Notes: a model not told the origin generated them from the sequence alone. A DNA stretch of 64,000 nucleotides from Candidatus Eiseniibacteriota bacterium (GCA_030622115.1 JAUXGN010000003.1:35465-99464); one strand, 5' to 3'; positions 44,887 through 55,118 are shown, counted from the stretch's first letter. Numbers and translations are program-made.

Positions 44887-46833
44887 ATGGAGACAGATAT
44901 GAGCGACAAACGACGTCTGGGAGCAGATGCATACGGCGGCTGCAAGGGAGAGGACTACAAACCCTACACGGGGCACGCGGTCACCATCCCTGAGTTTACG
45001 CTCCGGTCCGTACTCACCGGCGCTCTGATCGGCATTGTGTTCGGCGCCGCCAACGCCTATCTCGGTCTCAAGGTCGGCATGACGGTGTCGGCGTCCATTC
45101 CGGCAGCCGTCATTGCCATTGCGCTGAGCCGGTTCTTCCGCTCACGGCCTACGGTGCTTGAGAACAACATGGTTCAGACCGTGGGTTCTGCCGGCGAGTC
45201 CCTGGCAGCAGGTATTATTTTCACGATCCCGGCGCTCATAGTACTCGGCTTCATGCCGGAGCTCTCGAAGATCTTCGCGCTGGCGGTCGTGGGAGGACTT
45301 CTGGGCGTGCTCTTCATGATCCCGCTTCGTCGTCACCTGATGATAGGTGAACATGGGAAGCTGCCGTTTCCCGAGGGCACAGCGTGTGCGGAGGTGCTCG
45401 TCGCCGGTGACGCGGGAGGTTCGCGTGTCTCCCGGATTCTGGCGGGATTGGGCGTCGGTGCGCTGTACAAGTTCCTGATGGAGGGCCTGCACCTTTGGCC
45501 TGATCGTCCCGTCTGGAATATTCGTGGAGTCGAGGGTGCTCAGGTGGGCGGTGAGGTGACGCCCGCGCTTCTGGGCGTTGGATACGTTATCGGCCCGCGC
45601 ATCTCAGGCATAATGCTCGCCGGTGGAGCCGTCGCGTGGCTCGTACTCATTCCGATCATCAAGATGGTGGGAAACGGTCTGGCCGAGCCGCTCTATCCCG
45701 CGAGTGTTCCCATAGCGGAGATGGGTCCGGGCGAGATCTGGGACAACTACATACGCTACATCGGGGCGGGAGCCGTCGCGTTCGGCGGGCTTGTCACGCT
45801 CATCAAAGCGATACCCACGATGGTCAGTTCGTTCGGCGCGGGTTTCAAGGAGCTGCTGGGGCGTTCGGGTGGAGTGACCGAGGCCGTGAGGACTGCGCGC
45901 GATCTTCCAACGAAGCTCGTGTTGTGGGGAGCCGTGCTCCTGGGGATCGTGGCTTGGCTTCTGCCCGCGATACCGGTCAATGCGATAGGTGCATTGCTCA
46001 TAGTGGTCTTCAGCTTCTTCTTTGTAACCGTATCCTCCCGGATCGTCGGTCTCGTCGGCTCCAGCTCAAACCCCGCGTCGGGTATGACCATAGCGACGCT
46101 CCTGGCCACCAGCCTCATCTTCCTCGGCATGGGGTGGACGGGGAAGGCGGGCATGATCGGGGCCATTTCCATAGGGGCCGTCGTATGTATCGCGATCTGC
46201 ATCGCCTCAGACACGTCGCAGGATCTGAAGACCGGTTTCCTGATTGGAGCGACGCCTCGACGGCAGCAGATTGGGGAGGTCATCGGTGTGCTGAGTTCGG
46301 CGCTCGCGATCGGCTGGGTTGTCTTCTTCCTGCACCGCGCATACGGGATCGGATCGGAGAGGCTCCCGGCCCCGCAGGCCGTACTCATGTCCATGGTCGT
46401 CAAGGGCGTGCTCACTCAATCACTTCCTTGGACGCTCGTTTTCATAGGAGCGTTCATGGCCGCGTGCGTTGAGCTTCTCGGCATTCCATCTCTACCTTTC
46501 GCTGTGGGGCTCTATCTTCCGCTCAGGCTCTCAACGCCCATCATGACAGGGGGACTCGTGAGACATATCGTGGAGCGTACGCGTGACCCCGAGAGGCGGC
46601 ATGCCCGACGCGAGCACGGTGTCCTCTTCAGCTCGGGGCTCATTGCGGGCGGCGCCCTGATGGGTATCGGTGTGGCTGCACTGGTCAATGCGGGGCTTGA
46701 TAAGCACATCAGGATCGGGTACGGCTGGGCCGGGGGCGCCTCCGGACTCGTTGCCGCACTTCTCTTTGGTCTCCTGACGCTGTCACTCCATCTGTCCGCA
46801 AATGGACGGGCGAGCGAGACATCTGACGACTAG
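44887..46833 (+). CDS. OPT-family oligopeptide transporter
   Basis: 648 aa, ~16 TM; N-terminal 'IPEFTLRSVLTGALIGIVFGAANAYLGLKVGMTVSASIPAAVI' is the OPT signature; alternative start at 44899 carrying a GGAGA SD. Confidence 0.8.
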   Translation: METDMSDKRRLGADAYGGCKGEDYKPYTGHAVTIPEFTLRSVLTGALIGIVFGAANAYLGLKVGMTVSASIPAAVIAIALSRFFRSRPTVLENNMVQTVGSAGESLAAGIIFTIPALIVLGFMPELSKIFALAVVGGLLGVLFMIPLRRHLMIGEHGKLPFPEGTACAEVLVAGDAGGSRVSRILAGLGVGALYKFLMEGLHLWPDRPVWNIRGVEGAQVGGEVTPALLGVGYVIGPRISGIMLAGGAVAWLVLIPIIKMVGNGLAEPLYPASVPIAEMGPGEIWDNYIRYIGAGAVAFGGLVTLIKAIPTMVSSFGAGFKELLGRSGGVTEAVRTARDLPTKLVLWGAVLLGIVAWLLPAIPVNAIGALLIVVFSFFFVTVSSRIVGLVGSSSNPASGMTIATLLATSLIFLGMGWTGKAGMIGAISIGAVVCIAICIASDTSQDLKTGFLIGATPRRQQIGEVIGVLSSALAIGWVVFFLHRAYGIGSERLPAPQAVLMSMVVKGVLTQSLPWTLVFIGAFMAACVELLGIPSLPFAVGLYLPLRLSTPIMTGGLVRHIVERTRDPERRHARREHGVLFSSGLIAGGALMGIGVAALVNAGLDKHIRIGYGWAGGASGLVAALLFGLLTLSLHLSANGRASETSDD

Positions 46834-46937
46834 GTCCACGGGCTTGTGGTATCGTGCCGACAGCATCGTCTATCCGGCCGATGATGGGAGAGAATGCCTT
46901 TCCTCCGCAATACGCAAACTATCCGGGAGGAAAAGTC

Positions 46938-46966
46938 TTGACGGGAGGCGGCAGGACTCATACGTT
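46938..46966 (+). promoter_or_regulatory. candidate sigma70 promoter (-35 TTGACG, 17 bp, -10 TACGTT) for the PhaR-like/MFS-acyltransferase/GT4 genes
   Basis: Hexamers read from the sequence ~55 nt upstream of the TTG start at 47021. Confidence 0.35.
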
Positions 46967-47020
46967 AATGGTGCGTTGCACAAAAGTGACGGAGTGGACT
47001 CGGAGTGAGTAGGAGTCACA

Positions 47021-47338
47021 TTGAGACTCATCCTCAAGTACTCGAACAGGCGTCTCTACGACACGCATCAGGGAAAGGTCATCACCCTTCTTGAACTGTC
47101 CGAGCTGGTGCTCGCCGGCGAGGACATCCACGTTGAGCGGAAGGGTACGGGCGAGGATATCTCGGCCGTCACGATGATCCACGCGATCCTGGAATACGTG
47201 AGACGCAATCCGGATGATGAAGCCAGGGCAGATCTGGCCGAGCGAGTGCTTCACGCGCTTCGTGGATCGTTCGAGGACGATGATAGGGCCACCCGCGGCG
47301 CGACTGAGAGCGAGAAGACGAGAGTCGGGGCGATATGA
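47021..47338 (+). CDS. PhaR-like DNA-binding protein (PHA/PHB accumulation-regulator DNA-binding domain)
   Basis: TTG start with an AGGAG SD 5 nt upstream; 'ILKYSNRRLYDTHQGKVITLLELSELV' matches the PhaR N-terminal 'KKYPNRRLYDT' signature. Confidence 0.6.
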   Translation: MRLILKYSNRRLYDTHQGKVITLLELSELVLAGEDIHVERKGTGEDISAVTMIHAILEYVRRNPDDEARADLAERVLHALRGSFEDDDRATRGATESEKTRVGAI

Positions 47339-49620
47339 CGGGCACAGCCGACAATCGGGGCCATATGACGGGCACAGGCAACAAGAGAAAGGGCTTCGCG
47401 GAGCTCGTCCGCAATAGGGACTTCACGCTGCTCTGGATGGGGTCATTTGCGTCTCAGATGGGTGACCATCTGAATCTGATGGCCTTGACCGCGCTCATCT
47501 TCGCGATCTCAGGTGGTGAGAAAACGAGCGGTCTCGAGTTCTCAAAGATCCTGCTTCTGTCCAGCGCGCCCGTTCTGTTCATCGGTCCGATCTCAGGGGT
47601 CTATGCAGACCGGATCAGCCGTCGCACCCTGATGATAGCGTCCGACTTCATACGGGCGCTGCTCGTCGCCGCAATTGCGCTGGTCTCGAGTTCCATGGTC
47701 ATCGTGTACATCCTGATATTCCTCGTGTTCACCATCAACCGCTTCTACCTGTCGGCCAAGTCGGCCGCACTCCCGCAGATCGTGAAGCACGACAATCTCA
47801 TGTCCGCGAATTCGCTTCTGAACATCGCGGGTGTGGCAGCGATCATAGTCGGTCCCGCGGGCGGAGGACTTCTCGTCGAGCGATTCGGCTTCACAGTCGG
47901 GTTCTTCGCGGACTCCGCGACCTATGTTGTTTCGGGGACCCTCGTTGCCTTCATGACCTTGAGAGGCATTACGGGAGTGGCCGCGGCGCGCGAGGAAGAT
48001 CTGGCCGTCAGAAGAAAGAAGGTCGGGGAGGCGGCGCGCCATGCGCTTCACGCGCACAGCCGCGTGGAATTTGCGGAAGATGCGGTTCGCATCGGCCACG
48101 AGATCGCGGCGCCGATAGGAGAGGAAGTCGAGGTGATCAGCTCGGCCTACCAGAGGCTGATCGCAGATCTCAAGGACGGCATAGCTCAGATGAGGGGGCA
48201 TGCGATAGTCATCTACTCGACAGTCTCCGTGTCGAGCCTGATGTTCGTCATCGGATTCACCATGGTTGCACTGCCCGTCCTTGTCAGGAACGAGTTCGCG
48301 ATGGGGCCCGCGCAACTCGGCATACTGTTCTCGCTTGCCGGCGTGGGAATGCTCGTAGGATCCGTTCTCGTTGGGCACTTTTTCTCACACACACCGCGTC
48401 GAGCCATCATCGGCGTGAGCTTCTTCCTATACGGAGCCATTGTCATCGGGATTGCGCAGTCATCGACGATCGTTCTTGCGTCGGTCGGTGTTCTCTTCAT
48501 GGGTGTTTTCATAGCGCCGGCTATGATCACCTGTGACACAGTCGTGCACGAGACGATGCCGAAGGACAGTGTCGGCAAGGCGTTTGGTTTTCGCGACATG
48601 GTGTCCAAGGCGGCGTTCGGACTCGCCGGGATCATGTCCGGTGTTATAGTGGACATCATCGGCCCACGGAATCTCCTGGTTTCGGTGGGTCTCGTTGCGA
48701 TGGCCTACGCCGGCATCTCGGTCTTTCTATTCGCCGACACATCGAGGCTCAATCTCCTCAATGCATATCCGCTTCTTCGCGTAACCGCGAGGCTGGCGGC
48801 GGCGCTGCCCCGGCGCATCAGCTACTGGATCGTTGTCCCCCTCGCCGATCTGGCCGCGTTCGTCCTCAAGACCAAGCGGAGGCATGCAGAGGAGAATGCC
48901 GGGCACGTGCTCGGGAAACCGTCGAACAGCAGGGAGGCGAAGGTCCTGGCCAGGAGAATGTTCAGGAGCTACGGGCGTTACTATGCGGATTTCCTCGGTT
49001 TGGGTGGCCGGCACGTGAACAGTGTGGGTGACAGGGTGAAATTCCGAGGGATCGAGCATCTTCAGGGGGCGCTCAGCATTGGGAAGGGAGTCATCTTCGT
49101 CTCGGCTCATCTCGGCAGCTGGGATATGGGTGGAGCGGCCATGGCGGCCGCAGAGGGTCTACCCGATCTCTCGGCCGTCGTCGAGCCGGTCTCCGAGGAT
49201 GCATCAGAGAACGCCGTCTCTGCCTTGCGGGAGCGCGGTGGCGTCAACGTCATTCCGTTGGGCCAAACGCTCAAGGTGTGGCGGGCGCTGCGGAGAAACG
49301 AGATCGTCTTCCTTCTGGGAGAGCGACTTGTTGGCGCCGATGGTGTCGATGTGGAGTTCTTCGGGAAACGGACAGTGCTGCCGAGAGGGGCGGCCTACCT
49401 CGCTCTGAGGAGCGGGGCGCCCATCGTTCCAGGCTTCTGTATACGTAGGTCTGATGGAAGCTACGAGGTGCTCATTGAGCAACCAATAGAGACTGATGTC
49501 GGTGACAATTTCGACGCAGCCGTGAGAATATACACGCAGAGACTCGCCGGTGTTATCGAGCGCTACATCGCGCGCTACCCGGATCAGTGGTGCATGTTGC
49601 AGCCTGTCTGGACGCCGTGA
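47335..49620 (+). CDS. fusion protein: N-terminal MFS transporter (~12 TM) plus C-terminal lipid-A-biosynthesis-type (LpxL/HtrB/PatA-like) acyltransferase domain
   Basis: ATGA overlap with the PhaR-like gene; MFS motif 'GPISGVYADRISRR'; C-terminal 'FVSAHLGSWD' HX4D acyltransferase motif and 'YPDQWCMLQPVW' ending typical of PF03279 enzymes. Confidence 0.7.
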   Translation: MTGTADNRGHMTGTGNKRKGFAELVRNRDFTLLWMGSFASQMGDHLNLMALTALIFAISGGEKTSGLEFSKILLLSSAPVLFIGPISGVYADRISRRTLMIASDFIRALLVAAIALVSSSMVIVYILIFLVFTINRFYLSAKSAALPQIVKHDNLMSANSLLNIAGVAAIIVGPAGGGLLVERFGFTVGFFADSATYVVSGTLVAFMTLRGITGVAAAREEDLAVRRKKVGEAARHALHAHSRVEFAEDAVRIGHEIAAPIGEEVEVISSAYQRLIADLKDGIAQMRGHAIVIYSTVSVSSLMFVIGFTMVALPVLVRNEFAMGPAQLGILFSLAGVGMLVGSVLVGHFFSHTPRRAIIGVSFFLYGAIVIGIAQSSTIVLASVGVLFMGVFIAPAMITCDTVVHETMPKDSVGKAFGFRDMVSKAAFGLAGIMSGVIVDIIGPRNLLVSVGLVAMAYAGISVFLFADTSRLNLLNAYPLLRVTARLAAALPRRISYWIVVPLADLAAFVLKTKRRHAEENAGHVLGKPSNSREAKVLARRMFRSYGRYYADFLGLGGRHVNSVGDRVKFRGIEHLQGALSIGKGVIFVSAHLGSWDMGGAAMAAAEGLPDLSAVVEPVSEDASENAVSALRERGGVNVIPLGQTLKVWRALRRNEIVFLLGERLVGADGVDVEFFGKRTVLPRGAAYLALRSGAPIVPGFCIRRSDGSYEVLIEQPIETDVGDNFDAAVRIYTQRLAGVIERYIARYPDQWCMLQPVWTP

Positions 49621-49681
49621 CAACGCGGCGTCAAGCAGCATCCTGCGCTTGGGATCCAGAGCACGGTCAGAGGTTGAGACA

Positions 49682-50872
49682 TTGAAGATAGGCATCGTCA
49701 CACCCGCGTTCCATCCCTATCCCGGAGGCGTGACCGAACACGTCTACCACACCTACCGGGAGCTCTGCCGTCTTGGGCACGATGTCCGCATCGTGACGAC
49801 GAACTTCGGAGATGGTGGTTCTCCCTGCGAGGATCATGTCATCCGGATAGGTCGGGCTATCTCAGTGCCGGCCAACGGTTCCATCTGTCCGGTCGCCGTG
49901 GATCTGAAGATGGCCCGCCAGCTGAAGGGTGTGTTCGACGCGGAGCGATTCGACATCCTGCACCTGCATGAACCGCTCATGCCTACGCTGTGTCTAACAG
50001 CACTGGGGCAGGCCGATGTTCCCGTTGTCGGGACGTTCCACGCCAGCAACGACCGCTCACTGGGATACCGGGTGTTCAGGCCGCTGCCCGATCACTACGT
50101 GCGGCGGCTCAGCAGGCGCATCGCCGTCTCGAGCGCGGCGCGGCAGACGGCGTCGCGCTACTTCCCCGGCGAATACAGCATTGTCCCCAACGGCGTCGAC
50201 GTCGAGCGATTCAGGTCTGCCGTGCCCTTGTCCGAACTCGAGGATGGAGGATTCAACATCCTCTTTGTCGGAAGGATGGAGCCGCGCAAGGGAGCGAAGT
50301 TTCTTCTGAAGGCGATGCCCGCGATTCTGGACGCGGTGCCGAACGCGAGACTTGTCGTTGTCGGCGGCGGGCCGCTCGCGAGCTACTACGGATCACACGT
50401 ATCGGACCTGTGCCGTGACCACATCGTGTTCACCGGGTTCATCTCCGGTGATCTGCTCGCACGCCACTACGCGACCGCAGACGTATTCTGTTCTCCTGCA
50501 ACCGGGGGAGAAAGCTTTGGGATCGTGCTTCTTGAGGCTATGGCGGCGGGGGCGGCCATCGTCGCGTCCAGCATATCCGGTTATCGCGATGTGGTGAAGG
50601 ATGGACAAACCGGGGTTCTCGTTGCGCCCGGATCGCCGGAATCGATCGCGAACGCCGTGATCAGATTGGCGCGTAGGCCCGATCTCAGAGACGGACTTGT
50701 CGCAAGAGCGAGTGAGACTGTGAAACGCTATGCGTGGCCAAGAGTGACGCAGGAGATCCTGTCGGAGTACTACGCGGCATTGGGGATGCATCACCCGGAC
50801 GAGACCCGCGAGCGTGTCTGCAACGGTGAACAGACCCGCGCCGTTCGCGTCCAACAGAAGACGCACAGCTGA
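49682..50872 (+). CDS. GT4 glycosyltransferase, PimA-like (phosphatidylinositol mannosyltransferase-type)
   Basis: TTG start after the upstream stop (the six-frame ATG at 49550 overlaps the previous gene); 'KIGIVTPAFHPYPGGVTEHV' N-terminus and 'GGESFGIVLLEAMAAGAAIVAS' EX7E block. Confidence 0.7.
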   Translation: MKIGIVTPAFHPYPGGVTEHVYHTYRELCRLGHDVRIVTTNFGDGGSPCEDHVIRIGRAISVPANGSICPVAVDLKMARQLKGVFDAERFDILHLHEPLMPTLCLTALGQADVPVVGTFHASNDRSLGYRVFRPLPDHYVRRLSRRIAVSSAARQTASRYFPGEYSIVPNGVDVERFRSAVPLSELEDGGFNILFVGRMEPRKGAKFLLKAMPAILDAVPNARLVVVGGGPLASYYGSHVSDLCRDHIVFTGFISGDLLARHYATADVFCSPATGGESFGIVLLEAMAAGAAIVASSISGYRDVVKDGQTGVLVAPGSPESIANAVIRLARRPDLRDGLVARASETVKRYAWPRVTQEILSEYYAALGMHHPDETRERVCNGEQTRAVRVQQKTHS

Positions 50873-51101
50873 TGATCCGATGTTCGCGGCGGCAGTTGGT
50901 CGTTGCTGTCTTTCCGGAGAAGGAGGTGGATGCGTATGCGAATTCGTACGGTGCCGCCGCGGGGTGGAGAGGTGTGAGCGAAGCGTGAGATCCGCGATGA
51001 GCACTTGATTATGCAGGTCCTCACCGGGGCCCCGAAGCTGTATCTTCTACCCAAAGAGCGGGTGAGGCCAGAGCAGGATCCGAGATAGGGAGGGGTGAAC
51101 C

Positions 51102-51671
51102 ATGCTTGACAAGGCAGAACTGGGGCGGCGGGTGAAGCTCGAGAGGCTGGCCAAGGGTATGACCCTGAAGCAGGTCGCAGACGGCTCCAACATGTCTCCT
51201 ACACACATATCAGAGATTGAACGTGGAAGGACGTCACCGACGGTCGGAGCGCTGCTGCGCATTGCGCACGCTCTGGGCAAGCCGGCGACCTACTTCGTTG
51301 AAGAGGAACAGCTGCCGAGCGTTTCAGTAGTGCGTAAGCACGAGCGCCCCCATCATGTTGTCACGGACGGCGACAGGACCGTGGCTCAGGTCGACTTCCT
51401 GACCACCGGGATACCGGCTGGACGACTGCGTGTGGTGGAGTTGCAGGACTTTGAGTCAGGCCCACTGCAGACTCGTCCACACGATGGCGAGGAGATCCTT
51501 ATCGTTGAGTCGGGGAACATCAAGGTGACAATCGACGGCGATGAGCACGAACTGGCGGCGGGTGACTGCATTCAGTTCAAGGGCAGCATGTCTCACCGGA
51601 TCGAGAAGCAGGGTTCGGGCGGCGCACGGGTATTCTGGGTAACGACGTCGGAAGGTGTGCTGTCGCACTAG
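51102..51671 (+). CDS. XRE-family HTH transcriptional regulator with C-terminal cupin domain
   Basis: 'MTLKQVADGSNMSPTHISEIERGRTSPTVGALLRIAHALG' HTH_3 pattern; cupin-like 'EEILIVESGNIKVTIDGDEHELAAGDCIQF'. Confidence 0.8.
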   Translation: MLDKAELGRRVKLERLAKGMTLKQVADGSNMSPTHISEIERGRTSPTVGALLRIAHALGKPATYFVEEEQLPSVSVVRKHERPHHVVTDGDRTVAQVDFLTTGIPAGRLRVVELQDFESGPLQTRPHDGEEILIVESGNIKVTIDGDEHELAAGDCIQFKGSMSHRIEKQGSGGARVFWVTTSEGVLSH

Positions 51672-51720
51672 GCAGTTCGAAGTCCTTTCTCTTCGCCGAT
51701 TGGGTGAAAGGAGCAGATAC

Positions 51721-53670
51721 GTGCGTCCGTCGCGCATGGCTGCGTTTGCCATCACAGTCGTATGCTTGTTCGCACTCGTGGTTGGCGGCGCAGCAATAGG
51801 CCACGCCGGGATCGCCGATATCCCCGGCCTGTCTGATTCAAGTCTTGAGGCTCTCTCCGGACGCGGGTTTGTTGCCGTCTCAGGAGGTGCATCGAATCCC
51901 GCACAGGGCTATTCGATACTCCGCAAGCAGGGCGTCGATCCATTCATCACTGCCGACATCGTGCTGCGAGCGACGCGTCTCTTCCTCGACGAGATCCTTC
52001 TTACATTGGAGGAAGAGGAGCTCTACGAGCGTCTCGAGGAGCTGTCTCGTGAGATGGTGCGGCTGAGCGGGGACCAGTATCTGCGCGCAACCGACTCGAC
52101 TGTCAGAGAGGCGGCGCGTCTCAACCTGGCTTTCTTTTCGGTCGGTCTGAGCCTGCTGGACCCGGAGTTCTTCCCATCCGAGACGGCGCTGGGACTGGTC
52201 GAGAGGGAACTCGCGCTTATCGAAGAGGGAACGGTTGTGGGGTTCTCGCCCATCATGGGCGCTACGCCGCTTGACGGCGTAGCTGGGCCGGGCGAAGATT
52301 ACTCACACTACATCTCTCAAGGCCACTACGCTTCGAGTGAGCGCCTCAGGAGATTTCATAGAGCGGTCACGTGGTACAGCAGAATGGCATTCGCTCTGCC
52401 CGAGGGCCGAGTCGAGGACTACCGTCTCACCATTCAGGCTCTGCTCGTCGTGCGCGCTCTGGAGGAAGAGGCCGGTGATTGGTTGGAGCTCTGGAGCCTT
52501 GTTTATGATCCGTTGCTCTTCTTCCATGGTGGAGCGGGTGATCCGACCGTCCTTGATTACATGGAGATCGCGGGTGACGTCTTCGGTGAGGAGTTCGGCA
52601 TCGAGCTTCTCTCCGATCAGGAACTCGTCATGCGTTTCGCGGAGCGAGTGGGGGAGATTGCCCCTCCCCATTTCGAGACACATGAGCTGAGAGGTCTTCG
52701 CTTCCTGTGTCCGAGGGACTTCCACTACAAGCAGGGCTTCCGACGATTGGGGAGTGCGTCCGACGACGCGCCTTCGGTCGCCTTGAGTCTGATGGCGCTC
52801 CTCGGTTCCAGGGCCGCAAGATCTGTGCTCGACGAGCAGGACGCGTTTGACCGTGAGATCTACCGGTTGGGATACCGCGAACTCGAACTCGAGCTGGAGA
52901 AGGCCACCTACGGGGACTGGACGAGGGATCTGTACTGGAGTTGGCTCCACGCCATCTCTGCGCTCTTCGAACCGTCGGGGAATCAACTTCCCGACTTCGC
53001 AAGGACGCGTGCGTGGGAGACGCGGATGCTATCGACCGCAGCGGCCGCGTGGGCCGATATGCGGCGAGCGCCTGCCGGGCATCTGGATCCGGCATTCAGT
53101 CTCAGGGGCGCACTGCCGGAGGTGGAGGGGCACTGTCTTACGGTCGAGCCCTACCCGGAGCTTTATGTCCGGCTCAGAGACCTTCTGGACAATCTCAGGG
53201 ACAAGCTATGGAAGAGCTACCTGCTTGACGACTCCATCGCGGCCAGGATGGACACATATCGCGACTTCCTCGTTTCTCTGGAAGGGGCATGCACCACTCC
53301 TATCGGATATGCGGGGCAGCTGGGCGCTGAATCGGACGCCCCACTGAAGCAGGCATCCGGCTCGGGTTTCATTGGAGGAGTCGAATCCGGCAGACAGCGG
53401 AGATCGCCCACTGAGAGCGCGGCCTTCATCGCGTTGGTATACCGGGACTTCGGAACCGGGACGGTCATCGAGGTCGCTGTGGGGGATCCCGATCTGATCT
53501 ACATCAGAGTCGGGCAGGGAGAAGACGAACTGATCTTCGGAGGTGTGATCTCCTCGTTCTACGAGTTCAAGACGACGGGGGAAGAAGCCCTCACGACCGA
53601 CGAATGGCTGAGAGAGCTCGACGGCTCTCCGCCAAGGCCCGAGTGGGTGATGGTTTTTCTTGAGGAGTAG
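51721..53670 (+). CDS. large secreted/membrane-anchored hypothetical protein
   Basis: GTG start 7 nt after an AGGAG SD (internal ATG at 51736); hydrophobic N-terminal anchor 'MAAFAITVVCLFALVVGGAAIGHA'; helical, acidic, no recognised catalytic motif. Confidence 0.5.
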   Translation: MRPSRMAAFAITVVCLFALVVGGAAIGHAGIADIPGLSDSSLEALSGRGFVAVSGGASNPAQGYSILRKQGVDPFITADIVLRATRLFLDEILLTLEEEELYERLEELSREMVRLSGDQYLRATDSTVREAARLNLAFFSVGLSLLDPEFFPSETALGLVERELALIEEGTVVGFSPIMGATPLDGVAGPGEDYSHYISQGHYASSERLRRFHRAVTWYSRMAFALPEGRVEDYRLTIQALLVVRALEEEAGDWLELWSLVYDPLLFFHGGAGDPTVLDYMEIAGDVFGEEFGIELLSDQELVMRFAERVGEIAPPHFETHELRGLRFLCPRDFHYKQGFRRLGSASDDAPSVALSLMALLGSRAARSVLDEQDAFDREIYRLGYRELELELEKATYGDWTRDLYWSWLHAISALFEPSGNQLPDFARTRAWETRMLSTAAAAWADMRRAPAGHLDPAFSLRGALPEVEGHCLTVEPYPELYVRLRDLLDNLRDKLWKSYLLDDSIAARMDTYRDFLVSLEGACTTPIGYAGQLGAESDAPLKQASGSGFIGGVESGRQRRSPTESAAFIALVYRDFGTGTVIEVAVGDPDLIYIRVGQGEDELIFGGVISSFYEFKTTGEEALTTDEWLRELDGSPPRPEWVMVFLEE

Positions 53671-53685
53671 TAGACTCTTCGCAGA

Positions 53686-54846
53686 TCAGACCACCGAGTG
53701 ATCCAGATCGACATCGCCTTCCGAGAACCGCCTCGCGTTCAACCTGTCGATATCCAGATCCGGCTTCTGTCCGAGGATGAGCTGCGAGAGAAGGGATGAC
53801 ACCTTCGGCGCGATCATGAACCCATGACCGCTGAAGCCGTTCGCCTGGAAGAACCCGTCGACTCCATCAGTCTCACCGATGATAGGCTGCGCATCCGGCG
53901 TTACATCGTAGAGGCCCGCCCACTGACGCACCACCTTCACGTGCTTGAGAGCCGGCATGAGGAAACTCAGCTTGCGCGACATCATCGTCAGGAAATCGAT
54001 ACTCGATTCCTCGTTGAAACCAGGAGCCTCGTCCGCGTAGGCGAACCCGCCTATCACTGACCCATGCTTCACTTGGCGAAAGTAGATGCCGAAACTGAAC
54101 GAGATTATCATCGGGTCGAAGAAACGTTCCAGTGGTTCCGTCACGAGAATCTCCCGGCGATAGGGAGTGATAGGGATTTCCACGTCCACAGTCCGAGCCA
54201 GCGGAACGCTGTGGCTTCCTGCTGCGTTCACAACACGAGGTGTGTTGATGATCCCTCGCTCGGTCTCGACGCCCACGATTCGATTCCCCTCACGGAGGAT
54301 ACGAGTCACCGGCGTGAAGAGCTCGATCTCGACGCCAAGTCTCACTGCAGCTTGAGCGTACGCCTTCGTTGCGAGAAAGGGGTTCGCGCTTGCGTCCGTT
54401 GGGCAGTAGGTGGCCATGCGAACACCGTCGGTGTTCACTTGTTTGACCACACGAGACGCGATTTCCTCAGGCTGGAGGATCTCCACATCGAGTCCGAGTC
54501 TGCGCTGGAGTTCGAAGTTCTTGTGGAACTGCTCTACGTCCTCGTCCGTGTAGGCAAGAACGAGATAGCCTCCCTGCAGAAATTCGATGTCGGCATCCAG
54601 CTCTTCCTCGATCGTCTTGAAGATGCGTACGCTGTCCATGGCAAGCTGCGCGTTCGGTTCCGTGCTCCACTGCTGCCGGATCCCGCCTCCACATCTGCCC
54701 GTGGCTCCGCTCGACAGATACTCCGACTCGAGTAGAACGCAATTCGTCATCCCGCCCTTGGCGAGGTAGTACGCGACAGCAGCGCCAATGATGCCGCCAC
54801 CTATGATCACGCAGTCAGCGTTGGTTCTCATGACGCCTCTTGTCAA
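53686..54846 (-). CDS. FAD-dependent oxidoreductase, sarcosine oxidase beta / PDH1-beta-like amino-acid dehydrogenase subunit
   Basis: 'DCVIIGGGIIGAAVAYYLAKGG' dinucleotide fold; DAO family; last of four overlapping minus-strand genes. Confidence 0.8.
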   Translation of the reverse strand: MTRGVMRTNADCVIIGGGIIGAAVAYYLAKGGMTNCVLLESEYLSSGATGRCGGGIRQQWSTEPNAQLAMDSVRIFKTIEEELDADIEFLQGGYLVLAYTDEDVEQFHKNFELQRRLGLDVEILQPEEIASRVVKQVNTDGVRMATYCPTDASANPFLATKAYAQAAVRLGVEIELFTPVTRILREGNRIVGVETERGIINTPRVVNAAGSHSVPLARTVDVEIPITPYRREILVTEPLERFFDPMIISFSFGIYFRQVKHGSVIGGFAYADEAPGFNEESSIDFLTMMSRKLSFLMPALKHVKVVRQWAGLYDVTPDAQPIIGETDGVDGFFQANGFSGHGFMIAPKVSSLLSQLILGQKPDLDIDRLNARRFSEGDVDLDHSVV

Positions 54847-55118
54847 TCCTCGTCACTTGCACCGGCGAGGATTCCTATCTCCACCGGCATAGTTGGCGGT
54901 CGGTCCAGAAGGGGTTTCATGTCGGCGACTTCTCCGCCGATCCTCTCTGTGATGATCCGAGCGATGAGACGCGAGCATGTCCTGCCCTGGCAGGGCCCCA
55001 TTCCTGTTCGGAGGACCCGCTTCAGTTCCTCCAGCGTGGTCAGACCCGAGTCGATAGCCTCGACTATCTCACCGTAGGAAACATCCTCACACCTGCATAT
55101 GATCACGTCGTCTTTCAA
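54843..55118 (-). CDS. BFD-like [2Fe-2S]-binding small subunit
   Basis: 91 aa; '[12 protein letters not shown]…GPCQGRTC' CxC…CxxxxC pattern; ATGA overlaps on both sides. Confidence 0.7.
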   Translation of the reverse strand: MKDDVIICRCEDVSYGEIVEAIDSGLTTLEELKRVLRTGMGPCQGRTCSRLIARIITERIGGEVADMKPLLDRPPTMPVEIGILAGASDED

